DNA of 64,000 nucleotides, from the NCBI RefSeq assembly GCF_006345805.1, contig NC_043000.1:5208001-5272000 (forward strand). The letters are read 5' to 3'. This DNA comes from Octopus sinensis. Its lineage: Eukaryota. Positions within the stretch are counted from its first letter, which is position 1; each line of letters starts with the position of its first letter. Under the pieces are notes generated by a model. That model searched no databases and had not been told where the DNA came from. It saw nothing but the letters and a program-made list of their open reading frames with translations. Shown here in pieces: positions 11,426 to 24,424 of the stretch. Made by a program: the position numbers and the translations under genes.

Positions 11426-11833
11426 TGTATGTATGTATGTATGTATGTATGTATGTATGTATGTATATATATATATTAGTATATACGTATATATATTGAT
11501 ACCATTGCAGATGGGTACTTTTAGCTATAAATAGCACATATGAAGATATGTACTATACAAGTACATGGAAATGATACTGCAAAGTCTATGATAAAAGATA
11601 ATTGTTAAAACAAACAGACACACACACACACACACACACACAGCCATCTGCATATACCCACGCACAAAATAAATAAACAAATTAACAACCTTAATAAGAT
11701 GAAAATATGCACCATAATCTTTAGTTTGAACTTATATCTCAGCTTTATTACTCAGTGTGTTATATCAGTACAGGACGCAATCCGACATTCATGTCTTCAG
11801 AGAAAAAAGGAATCAGACTGCATCTCTAGCGCT

Positions 11834-12235
11834 ATCATCATCACCATCATCATAATCTTTCACTTCATCATCATCATCATAATCTTTCACTTCATCATCA
11901 TCATCATCATCATTATCCTTTTCTCCTCCTCCTTTCCTCCCCCTCCTCCTCCTCATCATCATCGCCATTGTCATCATTATTTCTATCCTCATTATTCTTG
12001 TCTTCATCATCATCAACCTTTTCTGCTCCATCATCTTTATCATCCTCATCATTTGCCTCGTCCTCCTCCTTATCATCATCATCATCGTTATCTTCATCCT
12101 CCTTGCCCTCATTATCATCATCATCATTATCCTCTGCCTCTCCTCCTACTCCTCATCATTATCCTTTGCCTTTCCACCTCCTCCTCCTCATCATCATCAT
12201 CATCATCACCACCACCACCACCACCACCACCACCA
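11834..12235. repeat. (CAT)n/(CCT)n/(CAC)n trinucleotide low-complexity tract
   Basis: Directly visible; explains the poly-H/S/I ORFs. Confidence 0.9.
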
Positions 12236-12247
12236 CTGCTTCAGGCC

Positions 12248-12420
12248 CCACTTTCCCATGTGTGCATGGGTCAGATGGAATTTGTTGAGGCAGATCTTCA
12301 ATGACCAGGTGTCCTTCCTGTCACCAATCTTCACCTGTTTCCAAGCAAAGGTAACAACTTCTCCATGGCTGGATAATGATTTCATGGAACATTGGAAACG
12401 AAGAACATTGTTGACAGCTA
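12248..12420 (-). mobile_element. Retroposon 3' tail family E (related to D)
   Basis: aaatctgcctcaacaaattccatctgacccatgc..atgg module also at 15710-15830, 25790-25890, 34690-34830, 37055-37200, 45750-45860, 51040-51165, 57535-57650. Confidence 0.65.
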
Positions 12421-13304
12421 TCAGGACATGTCGAAACGAGCAGACACAAATGCAGCAGATGCATAAACAGACATCCAAATGCTGCACATTATCGCAAATT
12501 AACACATGCACTTTACAAGCATGCAGCAGATGCATATCTCTTCTCCATCGGAGCTGGCTTGGAGCTAAACAACAAGAGATGAATGTCTGAAGACTTCGTG
12601 TACACCAAGGACACTTTTACCTTCAGAAAAGGCACCAAGAAAATTCCACACCTACACGCATACACGCATACACACAAACACACACACACAATCATACACA
12701 TGCTTACATATATACAAACATACTCATGCATTCAGACACACACACACACACATACACAAAACCATGTGCAACTACAAACAGTAGGCCGATTGTTTCACCC
12801 AAGACAGAAATCCTGGACTTTTGTTGATAGGGCATGTGTTATAGATGACCTCTCATTAGAGAAAGAGGGTGGGTAGAGATAGAAAGAGAGAGTGAGAGAG
12901 ATAGTGGGAGGGAGATGGAGAGGTAGAGAGAGTAAAAGAGAGAGAGGAATTTTTCAGGTTGCCATACGTATAATTTTAGCTATTAAGATTACATCAAGAG
13001 ATAAACTGTAGGTCTCTGTAGATGTAAAACCGTCTGCAACCCTTTTCAATAGAACTGTTGTTGTGCCAACTGAGAGAAGATGGATGGTAGACAAATCTAC
13101 ATTCTATCTATGTATGTTGGTATGGAACTGTATGTGGGCTGGTGTGTGTGTGTGTGTGTGTGTGCGCGTGCATATATATGTGTTCATATATATATATAGA
13201 GATATGTATGTGTGTGTGTCATATATATATATATATATATACATACACACATATATATATGCATATGTATATTTTTGAGTGAGTGTGTATGCATGTGCAC
13301 ACAC

Positions 13305-13660
13305 ACATGTAGCTGTGTGGTAACAAGTACACTTCCCAACCACATGGCTCTGGGTTCGGTTTCACTGCATGGCACCTTGAGCAGTTGTCTTCTTGTGCTG
13401 ACCAAAGTCTTGTGAGTGGATTCTGTAGACAGAAACTGAATGAAACTGGTTGTGTATATGTTTGTGGGTTCTGTACCTGTGCTTCTCCCTGCTTCCCACA
13501 CCATCTGAAAACTGCTGTTGATGTGTATCCATTCCTTTGACTTAGAGGTTCAGCAAAAGATACCCATAGAAGAAGTACAGGTTTAAAAAAAAACAATTTA
13601 GTACTAAGGTCAATTTGTTCAACTAAAATCCTTTTCTCTAATGACTGAAACAAGTATAAA
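13305..13660 (+). mobile_element. SINE family A, diverged
   Basis: gctgtgtggtaac...ggttcggtttcactgcatggcacc...gactgaaacaagtataaag. Confidence 0.7.
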
Positions 13661-13683
13661 GTAAAACAAACACACACACACAC

Positions 13684-13727
<44 letters not shown>

Positions 13728-13730
13728 CAC

Positions 13731-13930
13731 TTCAAATTTACAGAAAATTAGACAAAGACAGGTGAGGGTACAACAAGCAGGTGTAATAGTTTGATGCTTG
13801 AGAAGAATGGAAAAGTCTTTGATGCTTCGAGCCTACACTCTTTGACAGAAATGGTTGAGAGGTAAAAAATGGAGAGAGAGAAAAAAAAAAGGAGAAAGAA
13901 AAAAATGTGCTGGTATTAACAATTCAACAT
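13731..13930 (-). mobile_element. PLE-like short element with decayed minimal hammerhead (13852-13817)
   Basis: Minus: ttt CTGTCAA A GAGTgtagGCTC GAAGC ATC aaag; flanks homologous to 11138 copy. Confidence 0.55.
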
Positions 13931-13944
13931 GTTGAAAAATATAA

Positions 13945-14270
13945 GGTCATGAATGCCCTTGGAATTGCACTTAGAAAGGTCCCCTCTGAGGCACAAGTCC
14001 AGGCAATATTGTTAATGAAAGACCAGCAGTCATCCATGCATACCAGTCTCCTCTCTCTGCATTCACTGATGTTGTCCAAGGGAAAGGCAAAGGCCAATAT
14101 GGCTTGGTACCAATGATAGCATAATTCATTTCTACAGCTGAGTGAACTGGAGCAACATGAAAATAAAGTGTCTTACTCAAGAACACAACACATGGCCTGG
14201 TCCGGGAACTGAACTCTCTACCTCATGATTGTGAGTCTGACACTCTAAACACTGAGCCATGTGCCTTCAC
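13945..14270 (-). mobile_element. SINE family C (variant body 1)
   Basis: Homologous to 4612-4864. Confidence 0.8.
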
Positions 14271-15435
14271 CTGAAATGCTTACATGTATATGAATGTATG
14301 TACATATATGTCTGTGTAACATGTGTATGTGTGTAAGCACATTTACACATTTGATTCTCTCTCTGAATTCTATTATGCATGAAAGAACTGCTTTCGATAT
14401 AAACTTATTTACTTATAAATATGGTTATGAATTTAAGCTTTGTTTTAATACATACAAAACACAAGTATCATATGTATACTGATATAATACATATGTATAA
14501 TAATAATATTCATTGAATACTTAAGTATTATATGTATTTGGGGAATAAGAAGCAGAGAAAGAGAGACAGAGACAGAGAGAAATACAGTTTTGAATATAAA
14601 GATGCTTGTGCAAAATAGCAAAGAATATTCATTCATATATATATAATTCATAGAATGATACAATAAAATAAAGAACATCTATGTAAATATAGTTTTGTTT
14701 GACTAATCATCGATGTATCTGTCTGTCTCTTTGCTTATCTTCCTGTCTGTTTCTCTGTCTGTCTGAATATCTATCATGACAGCTAAAATTTCGAAGTCAC
14801 TGTCAGCCAATCTCTTGTATAGTAGTTTAGTAAACACGTACTCCATAAACACGTATTCTGTAATTCTTCTGTTTAATGTTAACGTGTTTTTATACGTAAC
14901 TTGATATAAAAACAAACATTAGTGTGTTTATATATATACATACACACACACACACACATGTATTTGGGGTTTCTTTCAGTTTCTGTCTACCATAACTAAC
15001 TACAAAACTTTCCTGGGCCCAGGGCTAGAGTAAACGACCCTGATTGAAAATGTCACACCTGGATGCACTTGATCGAGAAGCCAGCTTCCTAACTACGCAG
15101 TCATGCTTGTAAGCTATTGTTTAAATATCTTAATACATTTAACTTGACTTCCAAAACCAGTGATTGCTTCTTTCCCACGCGTGCCCTATTTTTCTATGAA
15201 CGAACTCACATACAAGACAATGACTAAAAGAACCAATCTAAGGGACATAACTCTAAACTCCAAAGGGGCCGCTTTGTTTCTTTGCGCTGTTCCAATTCTG
15301 AGTAAAATTAAGGTTCTTTTTATTTTATTTATTTTTTTACACGACGTCTTTGCTTTCTGATCTCCAGAGAATTGTTTCTGATTTAGGCCTGAGACCCACA
15401 ATTCGGAGGTGAGTGGTGGGGTTGAGTTGATACCA

Positions 15436-15703
15436 TGGGCTACTCGACCTGAAGAAAATTCTAACTGGACCCCACCTGCAAGGTCATGCACTGTTTATCT
15501 TGATATGAAATCACCATGTCATGCACATATGATTGTGATGCATGTGCCTGGTGTACCCTTATCAGACGGGTAGTCATGATGGGTATACTGGGCTTCGTAT
15601 ATTTTACCCCAGTGTCACTTTGATGGCATGCACTGCTCTCTCACTCAATAATAATGATAATAATAATAATAATAATAATATTAATAATAATAATAATCAT
15701 AAT
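15436..15703 (+). mobile_element. Probable non-LTR retrotransposon 3' UTR with (TAA)n tail (R4/Dong-like by tail type)
   Basis: Higher-GC segment ending ctctcactc-(aat)n; clade assignment is inference only. Confidence 0.4.
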
Positions 15704-16489
15704 ACCTTATTTAGAAACAGGTAAGACCAGGTGACATTTAAGGGCATTAAGCCATAAAAAATCTGCCTCAACAAATTCCATCTGACACATGCAAGCATGG
15801 AAGAAGAGATGTTAAAATGATGATGATGATGATGATGGTGATGATGATAATGATGATGTTAATGACGACAAAGATGACGAGGATCTTCATCCTCCTCATT
15901 ATCATCATCTCTTTCGTACATTGATACATTGGGGCGGTATTGTTGACTTCCTTTGATTGTACATGAGTTAATTCTGAGTAAGCTTTTTGAGGAATAAATG
16001 CTAAATTACTTCGTCCGGCTAACACAACAACTTTAATTAATTAATTGAGACTTTAACCGGATCCAAGAGAGGTAAACTTTGCTGAACAATGCTCAACAAA
16101 AACTAAATATAGACAAGGGAGATAGATAAAGGCAAAGGGGCCAAAAAAGAAAAATCAAAAACAAACAATATATAAACTATTAATAACTTCTTTTTTTTTT
16201 TTCAAAAGTGTTGATGTACCAGAGTATTAATTAATTAATTAAAATTAGAAATAATTAATGCAGAGAGGAGAAAGAATGGAAATTAAATAGAGGTCAGATA
16301 ACGAATGTTATTAAAACACACACAAGAGCCGCCAGAAATCAGATAATAAATGTAAAGCCACAGTTTATAAAGGAAGAGATGGAAAGAAACTAACAGCCAA
16401 GCGGCAATAGAAGGAAATGCTTGTGTTGTATGTGCAATTTCAATAGCAGCTAAAATAGTTTTATATGTTTCCTGGTGGTCTCTTAGATG

Positions 16490-16675
16490 TGGGCACAGGC
16501 ATGGCTATAGGCAGGTGGCTTCCCAGTCATGTGCTTCTAGGCTTCTTGGTTCAATCCCACTGCATGGCACCTTGCAAGTGTCTTTTATCATAACCCTGGG
16601 CCAACTAAAGCCTTGTAAGGTGGATTTGGAAACTGAAAGAAGCTCATCGTATGGACATTAAATGATGGTGATGAT
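16490..16675 (+). mobile_element. SINE A left half fused to family D terminal motif
   Basis: A head through aagaagctcatcgt, then ggacattaaatgatggtgatgat. Confidence 0.65.
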
Positions 16676-16694
16676 ACATATATATATATGTATG

Positions 16695-16759
<65 letters not shown>

Positions 16760-16771
16760 TGTATACATACA

Positions 16772-16979
16772 GGCGGTTAGCTGGCAAAAACTTTAGCATG
16801 CTGGGTGAAATGCTTAGCAGCATTTTGTCTGTCTTTATGTTCTGGGTTTAAATTCTGCCAAGGTTGACTTTGCCTTTCATACTTTTGGGGGTCAATAAAT
16901 TAAGTACCTGTTGCATACTGGGATTGATCTGATCGACTGACCCCTCCCACTCCCCTTGTGCCTAGAGTAGAAAAGAATA
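16772..16979 (+). mobile_element. SINE family B
   Basis: Homologous to 2975 and 26737. Confidence 0.75.
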
Positions 16980-17434
16980 TATATATATATATATGCAATG
17001 TGCGTGTGTATGATCATAATCCTTATTTGATGTCCATGTTCCATGAGAATACAGGTTGGAGAGACAAAAGAAAAACTAAACTAGATTCTTTCACCAAAAC
17101 CTCTCAGCAAATTCAATGTTTCCTTTTATCTTCATCATCTTCAAATGTCCATCTTCTAAGGTGGCATCAGTTGAATCGTCTAACATGAGCTGATAGGTTT
17201 GAGAGCTGCATCAAGTTCTAATATCTGCTTTGGTATGGTTTTATGGTTTGATGCCCTTCCTAATGCTAATTATTTTGCAGAGTATATTGGATGCTTTTTT
17301 TTTTTTTTGCAGCACCAGCACTAGTGAGTTTACCATGCAGCTGGCAAGACTAGAGAGAAAAGCAGCTTAATTTTGAGCTCAATGTTATTCTTAATAAATA
17401 TAATTAATCTAACCATTATATATATATATATATA

Positions 17435-17634
17435 GTTAATCCAAACATGAACAATGGGAAACTACAACAACATGAGGAACAAGTATAGTGTTATTGGACG
17501 CTCAGGAAAAGGAGAGAAAGAAGAAGGATTTAACATTTTGAGTGTGGCTCTTCGTCAGAAACATAGAAAAAGGAAAGGTCCAAGGAAGGGAAGATGGGGA
17601 AAGAAAATCGCCAACGATACACACGCGGTCACAT
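17435..17634 (-). mobile_element. PLE-like short element with minimal hammerhead (17562-17527)
   Basis: Minus: ttt CTGACGA A GAGCcacACTC AAAAT GTT aaa; three CpG transitions away from canonical; adjacent to (TA)n. Confidence 0.6.
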
Positions 17635-18248
17635 ATACACACATATATAAAAGACAGACAAACAAATAGATAGACAGATAGGCAGATAGATAAATAGATA
17701 GATAGATTATGGAAGTAAAATCTCCATAATCCTGATGAAGGCTTTGGAGATATTTATGTATTAAAGGGACACTAATCGCAAAACTGGTCTTATGATCATA
17801 AGCGCACACACGTACACAGTGAGTTCTGCTCCATTTGCATCAATTCAGCATCACTAGGGATTGGCTACTTTACTTCTATGATCAATACACAGCAAACGAA
17901 GAGCAAGAGTATTGATTATAATTGATTAATTTAAAGGGACAGTTCTTAGGTTTGTTTATTTTGTTTTTGCCATTAAGATGTTTGTAAAATCTTTCCCTGG
18001 ATAAGTCTATCTGGTAACTAATTTTGATATTTACATGAACTGAAGTCTCTGTAATTAAGTATATAGCCACAAAAAATGCAAAATGTAAGGTGGGCTTGAA
18101 TTTAAAAGCTATGATTACTAATCAGAAACTAGATATAGTAGAATAGCCTACTGATGTCAACACCTACAGCTGAACTCCTAGACTTATATGCTTTCTTTTA
18201 TTTGGAAAGGGGAATATTTCCTGAAATATTATAGGATCATTAAATAAT

Positions 18249-18607
18249 GTGCCCTTTTAAAGCCTAGCCAGGCTCATGGGCCCGGTTTCCCGGTTTCTAT
18301 GGCGTATGTTTCCCAGTTTCTATGGCCTGGTCCAGGAATCGAAACCACAATCTTACGATCATGACGCTGACACACTAACCACTGAGCCATGTGCCTCCAC
18401 AAAATAAATGTGCCCTTTTAAAGCCTATCCAGGCTCATGGGCCTGGTTTCCTGGTTTCTATGGCATATGTGTTCCCCAGCTGGACAGGATGCCAGTCTAT
18501 TGCAGCGTTACTCATTTTTGCCAGCTGAGTGGACAGGAGCAACATGAAATGAAGTGTTTTGCTCAAGAACACAATGCGTCGCCCGGTCCAGGAATCGAAA
18601 CCACAAT
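18249..18607 (-). mobile_element. Two tandem SINE C copies (one internally deleted, one head-truncated)
   Basis: Both begin on plus with tgtgcccttttaaagccta..caggctcatggg; homologous to 52994-53256. Confidence 0.8.
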
Positions 18608-18999
18608 TTTAAACTGGAGTAAACATAAAACGGACACACACAAAACATGCACATTTAAATATACACACACATACACATGGATTCTCCACAGTTTTCTTCA
18701 ACCAAACATCATTCTCATGATATTGACTGCTTTAATTTTGTAATTAAAACACTTCCAACACAAATAACAATAACAACACCAACGATAACAAAAATGGCAA
18801 GAGTAATAATTACAATGGATTAATTCTGATTTATGTGTGAATGATTACGACAGACTCTTCATGACAAGTAAAATGTAAGGACATTTATTTTTGTCCTCAT
18901 GTTAGAGTCAAGCGGTAGCAAGAAACATCCAGACATCTTTTTGCTTGGATAAGAGTATCACGGCTGTTGTAGATTTGAACCTGGTACTGTATGTTAAGT

Positions 19000-19525
19000 T
19001 CCCATCCCACCCCATCCCCTACCCTCCTTTTGTACCCTCATGAACTTACCTGCCCACTTACCCTGTCTAGACTTTTGTTCCACTTCACTTACATAAATAC
19101 ACCTTTATGTAACCTTTATGAAGGTTGCCTCAACATGTCTTCACCGCATTCTCTCTTTCCTTCCTCTTTCTTTTTCCAACTGGGGTAGAAACGTATCTCT
19201 TGAACTGCAAGACATCTGTTTCTGCCCCTCTACCACACTCTAACCTCTCATCATCTGGCATAAAGCCACCTCCCTCAATACTACTCTCCTCTCACTCAAA
19301 GGGGCTTGTCTTACAAGTTACTTGGTGAACTCATGGATGATGCTGTCACATAAAAATAATAAAAAAAACCTCCATTCTACTCTGTAAAGTGTTTGGCATT
19401 AGGAAGGGCATCCAACTGTAGAAACCATGTCAAAGCAGACAGTAAAACTTGGTGCATTCTTCTGGCTTGCCAGCTCCTGTCAAATTGTCCAACCCATACC
19501 AGCATGGGAAGCAGACAATAAGGGA
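19000..19525 (+). mobile_element. Long family D (RTE) 3' UTR, diverged
   Basis: Pyrimidine-rich region, then ttaggaagggcatcc...tccaacccataccagcatgg; similar at 23540-24196, 29780-30660, 55095-55465. Confidence 0.6.
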
Positions 19526-20453
19526 TGAAAATGCTGGAGATGAGTGTACTTGCTGCCTATGGTAATGATAATGAGGTCCACTTGACAATGTTGAGTATTT
19601 ACAGTTTGGTGAACTGCACCGTTTACAGTGAATCTTTTTACGTGAAGTGATGTGATTCAAAAATCACAAATACCTTGCTCAGCCAACTGACATCCGAAAA
19701 GTTTCGGTTAGCAGTAGCAGTAGCAGAGGAAGCAGCAGCTTTTGACAAACGCAGTAAATGCAAGTACATATATCCATTAGCTTATTTCAAACCAAATAAT
19801 TCCGTGATCAATAAAACATACTAAATTTAAACTCTAAACTATTCATCACAAATAGCTAAAATAGAAATTGTCTTTGTTCTGGTTTTCCCTTTTAAAAATC
19901 AAAGATAGCAAGTGTCTAACATTGGAAAGTTGCTTTATTCTAAACTGACAGCTAAGATAGAACCATATGCTTTGATATTATATACAATCCTCAACAGATC
20001 TAATGAATTCCGTTTGTAATGTCAAACTAAATCCTTCCTGTCAATTTATATACTCAACAATGGTTATTTTACAGCTACTTTACTGGGTTAGCTATATCCT
20101 GATTGGTCAGAATCTTTCTTCTATTCTTCTTGCTCAATAGCTCTGCTCTGTTTAATCACATACTTAATTAAGAATTGCAGCAGACCTAACGTAATTAATT
20201 GCAAAACAAAAGTGATTGAATGTAGGCAAAAATAGTTTTTGGAAAATTGTTTGCCAGCATGTTGCACTTTATCCCTTTTTGCAGTATAACTTTGGCCAGC
20301 ACTGGGAGTGGATTTCGTACATGGAACTGAAAACCAGTCATATATATATACAATATACAAGTCTGTGTGTGTGTGTGTGTATTATGATTTCACTTAAGCA
20401 TAGTGATACTGATAACCATTTGTTAGAACTCAATAAACATCTGCTTTAGCATT

Positions 20454-20768
20454 GAGGACATCGTGAAGCTGCTCAGTGGGTGAGCTGATTCGTGATGTCC
20501 TCATCCCACCTCCACCTCCCAGCTGGCGCAAATGCATGGGCAGGCAGCTGAAGACCTGGGCAAAGATGATAAAGGAGGACCTCTCCGAACTCTCAGGTCC
20601 ACAGGTAGTCGGTCTGCGCAGATGGAACCGCGAATGCCTCGCTATCTCCAGTGACCTCGCACAGGACTGTCGAGTATGGGCTGCCATGGTTCGTGATGCC
20701 GTTAGGACCAGAGAAGAAGCCGGGTCAACCCACCCTGGGTGAACGCCGTCACAAGTACAAGTAAGTAG
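20454..20768 (+). mobile_element. 5'-truncated RTE-clade LINE (SR2-like C-terminus)
   Basis: ORF 20476-20742 WRK..G.QLKTW..MIKEDL...GP.V.G.RRW.....DLAQD...W...VRD; (caagta)n tail; TSD tgctttagcatt at 20442-20453 and 20769-20780. Confidence 0.9.
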
Positions 20769-20889
20769 TGCTTTAGCATTTGGTGAGTACAGAGTGTAAT
20801 ATTGGTTTCAAATTGTGGCACAAGGCCAGCAAGCTTGAAGAAGAGGAATCAGTTGATTATATTGTCTGCAGTACTCTGTTGACACTATA

Positions 20890-20952
20890 CGTCATAGGAT
20901 TCCTTGCACGGATTTTAGCTGTTCCTTCTAGCGTGCAAGGAATCCTATGATG
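20890..20952. mobile_element. Micro-MITE / short hairpin
   Basis: 19-bp perfect inverted repeat 20892-20910 / 20932-20950 with 21-nt spacer, TA on left flank. Confidence 0.5.
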
Positions 20953-21016
20953 GATACCTCCTATGTGTTTAAATGTACACTGTATTTATATATATATATA
21001 TATATATATAAATATA

Positions 21017-21533
21017 CTAGCAGTATCGCCCGGCGTTGCTCAGGTTTGTAAGGGAAATAACTATATAAGCATTTTTAGAGAGTTACTTCCCTTATAGATG
21101 CCAATTCGGGCTTTCTTAGCCATTTCTGTTTTGGTGTCTTCAAGCCATGAAGTCGTTGTTCTAAAAGAACGCTGGTCTCCTTGACAACGCTTTACGACGT
21201 TGATTTCCTTACACTCCCTTCCCCACAGCTTCACGAGGGAGGGAAGAAGGGGGAGAAGCAAACACAGGTGCAGGTGTTTGAGCGTGGACGCCAACTCCGC
21301 CGCCATCAACACACGAAAAATTATGCATTAAAATGGAATAAAAAATGATGTTAAATTATTTTTTAAATCGTAGACTCATCGTAGACGCGCGCTAATACTC
21401 AGACGGGCTCGATATGAATCACGACTATAAGATATCCAAATTTGGTTAAACTGCACCGCAAAATGTGGGAGTAGTTAGGAATCTAAATCGAAGGGGACAG
21501 ACACTCACACAACTAGAGTTTTATATATATAGA
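21017..21533 (-). mobile_element. Non-autonomous Helitron
   Basis: Minus 5' TC(TATATATATAAAA), 3' GC-rich hairpin cctgagcaacgccggg then CTAG, inserted between A and T; second copy at 46407. Confidence 0.8.
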
Positions 21534-22646
21534 TATATATGAAGCCCATCCATGGATTTACATTATAGAATTGTGATGAACCATAACTTGGGACCCTACC
21601 AAAAGATTACTTGGAATTCTTCACTAATATAAGTAATATTGTGAGCCTGGTGTGACAACAGAGAGCTTATGAAGTATTTTGCCCAAATTGATAATCCCTC
21701 ACTATTCGTTTTATATATATATCTTACAATTTCAGCTGCATGCTTCATATCTCAGCTGAAAAGAATGATGGAGACCTATAGTAAAAAACACTGTAACCTA
21801 AGAATAGTTGTTCTATGATGTAATCTGATAATGTAAGAGAAAAAGAAAAAAAGGAAAATCCCCAAAGCAAAATCCAGAGAACCAAAATATTCTGTTATAA
21901 AGAGAACCAACCATATTTTGACTATATTTGGCCTTCAATATCATCTAAAGCCAGTTAGCTGTCTAGAATGGTTCAAGGCACTAATAACATAAACAACAAA
22001 CTACCAAAAATACCAGGTGTTTAAAGGGGGTGCCAAAGGAAGGCCAGACCATTATTTTTAATTTTCTTTTATAGCCTGAATCATATTTTTTTTTCCAGTG
22101 TCTGTATTCCTGAAAGTAATAGTTGTAATGGACAAACTGTGTGCAGCATAAGGGTGGGGGAATGTACTCGTTTGGCATAGACTGGTAGAGGTGAACGAAT
22201 ATAGGGAGTGGTGAGTGAAAACTTCTTGTAGTGATGGGTGGTGGTGGTGGTGGTGGTGGTGATGATGTTGGTGGTGGTGGTAGAACGTATGGCGGGGAAT
22301 GGTAGATTTCCTATGATTTCATACTTGTAGTATTCTCCTACCTGAATTTCAGCTTAATTGAGGTGTTATTAACTCAAAGGTAAATACAGTTTTATTGCAG
22401 AATGACTAAAGATTTCAAGTCCCTTTCACCCTCAACCTCACACACACACAAACACACACACACACACACACACACACAATTACCTCTTCCTCTGCCGAAA
22501 GAAACAATTATACAATTATTCAATTAGGGGTTCTGAATTAGTCTGAAAAATCATAAGTATTCGCATCACACACGCACACACACACACACACATAGATATA
22601 TTATATACATATAATATATATATGTGCGTGTGTATATATATGTATG

Positions 22647-22702
<56 letters not shown>

Positions 22703-24196
22703 CTGGATGTATACACATACACACATACATAAACAGACATATTTTTGGCTTGAAAGAGTCTGACTTGCATCAGTCATTTCCTGGTTATAACATTTCACCT
22801 TCTTATATCTTATAGATAGTTGGTGGTGGTGGTGGTGGTGGTAGTGGTGGTGATGATGGTAGTAGTAACGAAGGAGATAGCACCAGTGCTGTTGCTGGCA
22901 GAAGATGAGGTGGTATTAGGGAGTAATGACAGAAATAAACGTGGAAATGGTTTATTGAGGAAATGATGGGAATGCTTAGAGAATGCTGTTGATGACTTTA
23001 AATGATTTCAGCCGAGACCCATTAAAGCGGACCTTATGACGCCGGACACGGTTGACTGACCATTAGGTATTGACCCACAAGTGGTTCAGTACGACGTATA
23101 CTCGATTTCAAACTTGCTTTCGACATTCATGCACATTGGCAGCAGCATCCTCACCACTATCACCATCATCATTTTCATATTTTCATCATCACCATTTAAC
23201 ATCAAGCTTTCGATGCTGGTAAGGGTTGGACAATTTGACAGAATCTGATGAATTAGGGGATTGTGTCATTGCCCCAGTGCCTGCTTCAGATTGGTTTCTA
23301 CAGCTAAAAGTTCTTTCTAACACCAAGTACTTTACAGAGTGTACAGGGTGCCTTCTTCATTAAAACCAGAACAAGTGAGGATCACATCATAACATGCAAG
23401 GCCTATAACCGAGGGAGAATAGAGGAAAGAGTGGGTGAGGATTCAAGTTGGAGGGAAAAGGATAGTAAGAAAAGAGAATGAGGGAGTATGGCAGAAAATA
23501 GTGAAGAGAGAAGGGATTAATGAGAAAAAGAGAGTTCCCAAATCGTCATTGTCGTTAAGCCCCTGGTAAACTCCACCTCAATCACACCAAATTTTTACAG
23601 TTGTCACCTACTCTTCCCTCTCCTCTACCATTCCTATATATTATCCCTGAACATTTGTTCTCATAAAATTTACTCCCTCATCTATTTTCTATCTATAGCC
23701 ATCCCTCACTCTCCCATACACTCTTGAAACCTCTACCTACCCCTTATTTCCAGTTCTCCAGTCTCCATTCACTGCTACTCACCATATTTTGAGGGTCCAC
23801 TCTGACAACTTATCACAACTATTTCTATCTCTTTCCAGCTCCATCCAACCACTCCTACCCTATCTTCTGTAATATGAGTCACCATGTAACCCTGTTACAG
23901 CAGGGAATCTGTTCTGGACCCTTATCTCTCACTTTAAACCACCTTATCTTACAACATAGTGCCACTTCCCTCTCTACTGTAGCTTCAACTCTGTCGAAGA
24001 GGTCTCTCAGACTTTCAGGCTGCATAGTGACCTCTTATGTGTTGGTGCCACGAAGAAAACCATCAAATACACACTGTTAAGAGATTGGTATGAGGAAGGG
24101 CATCCAGCCATAGAAATCATGCCACAACATTGGACATCTTAGAACTCGCTAGATCCAGTCAAACTGTCCAGCCCATGCCAGCATGTAAGATGGACA

Positions 24197-24424
24197 TTAA
24201 TCCTTTAATATTCAGATTTCTTTGTCAAATGAAATTCTCAATTATTCGCATTGTTTTGAATTAACCACGTATTATCTCGTAGCTTCAAGACGTCAAAAGT
24301 GTGTTTGAATATTTTTAGAATGACATTGTAGGATAAGTGTGAGAGGCTGGATCTGACTGGTCCGAACATAAAACAGGTAGAATATTTGGGCCAGATGTGG
24401 TCAGTTTAAATGCTAAAAGGTTAA
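24197..24424 (+). mobile_element. piggyBac-type MITE
   Basis: TTAA at both ends with TIR tcctttaatattc / aaatgctaaaagg; copies at 34147 and 36684. Confidence 0.75.

Noticed and set aside
11699-12304. 201-aa His/Pro-rich ORF
   Set aside because: Trinucleotide low-complexity tract open in several frames and ending in a retroposon tail
15350-15415. 41-nt exon-like segment with good acceptor and gag/gtgagt donor
   Set aside because: Sequence resembles a diverged antisense SINE B tail; not frame-preserving
17715-17760. CTGATGAAGG hammerhead-like start
   Set aside because: No downstream helix II closure with GAAA or helix III
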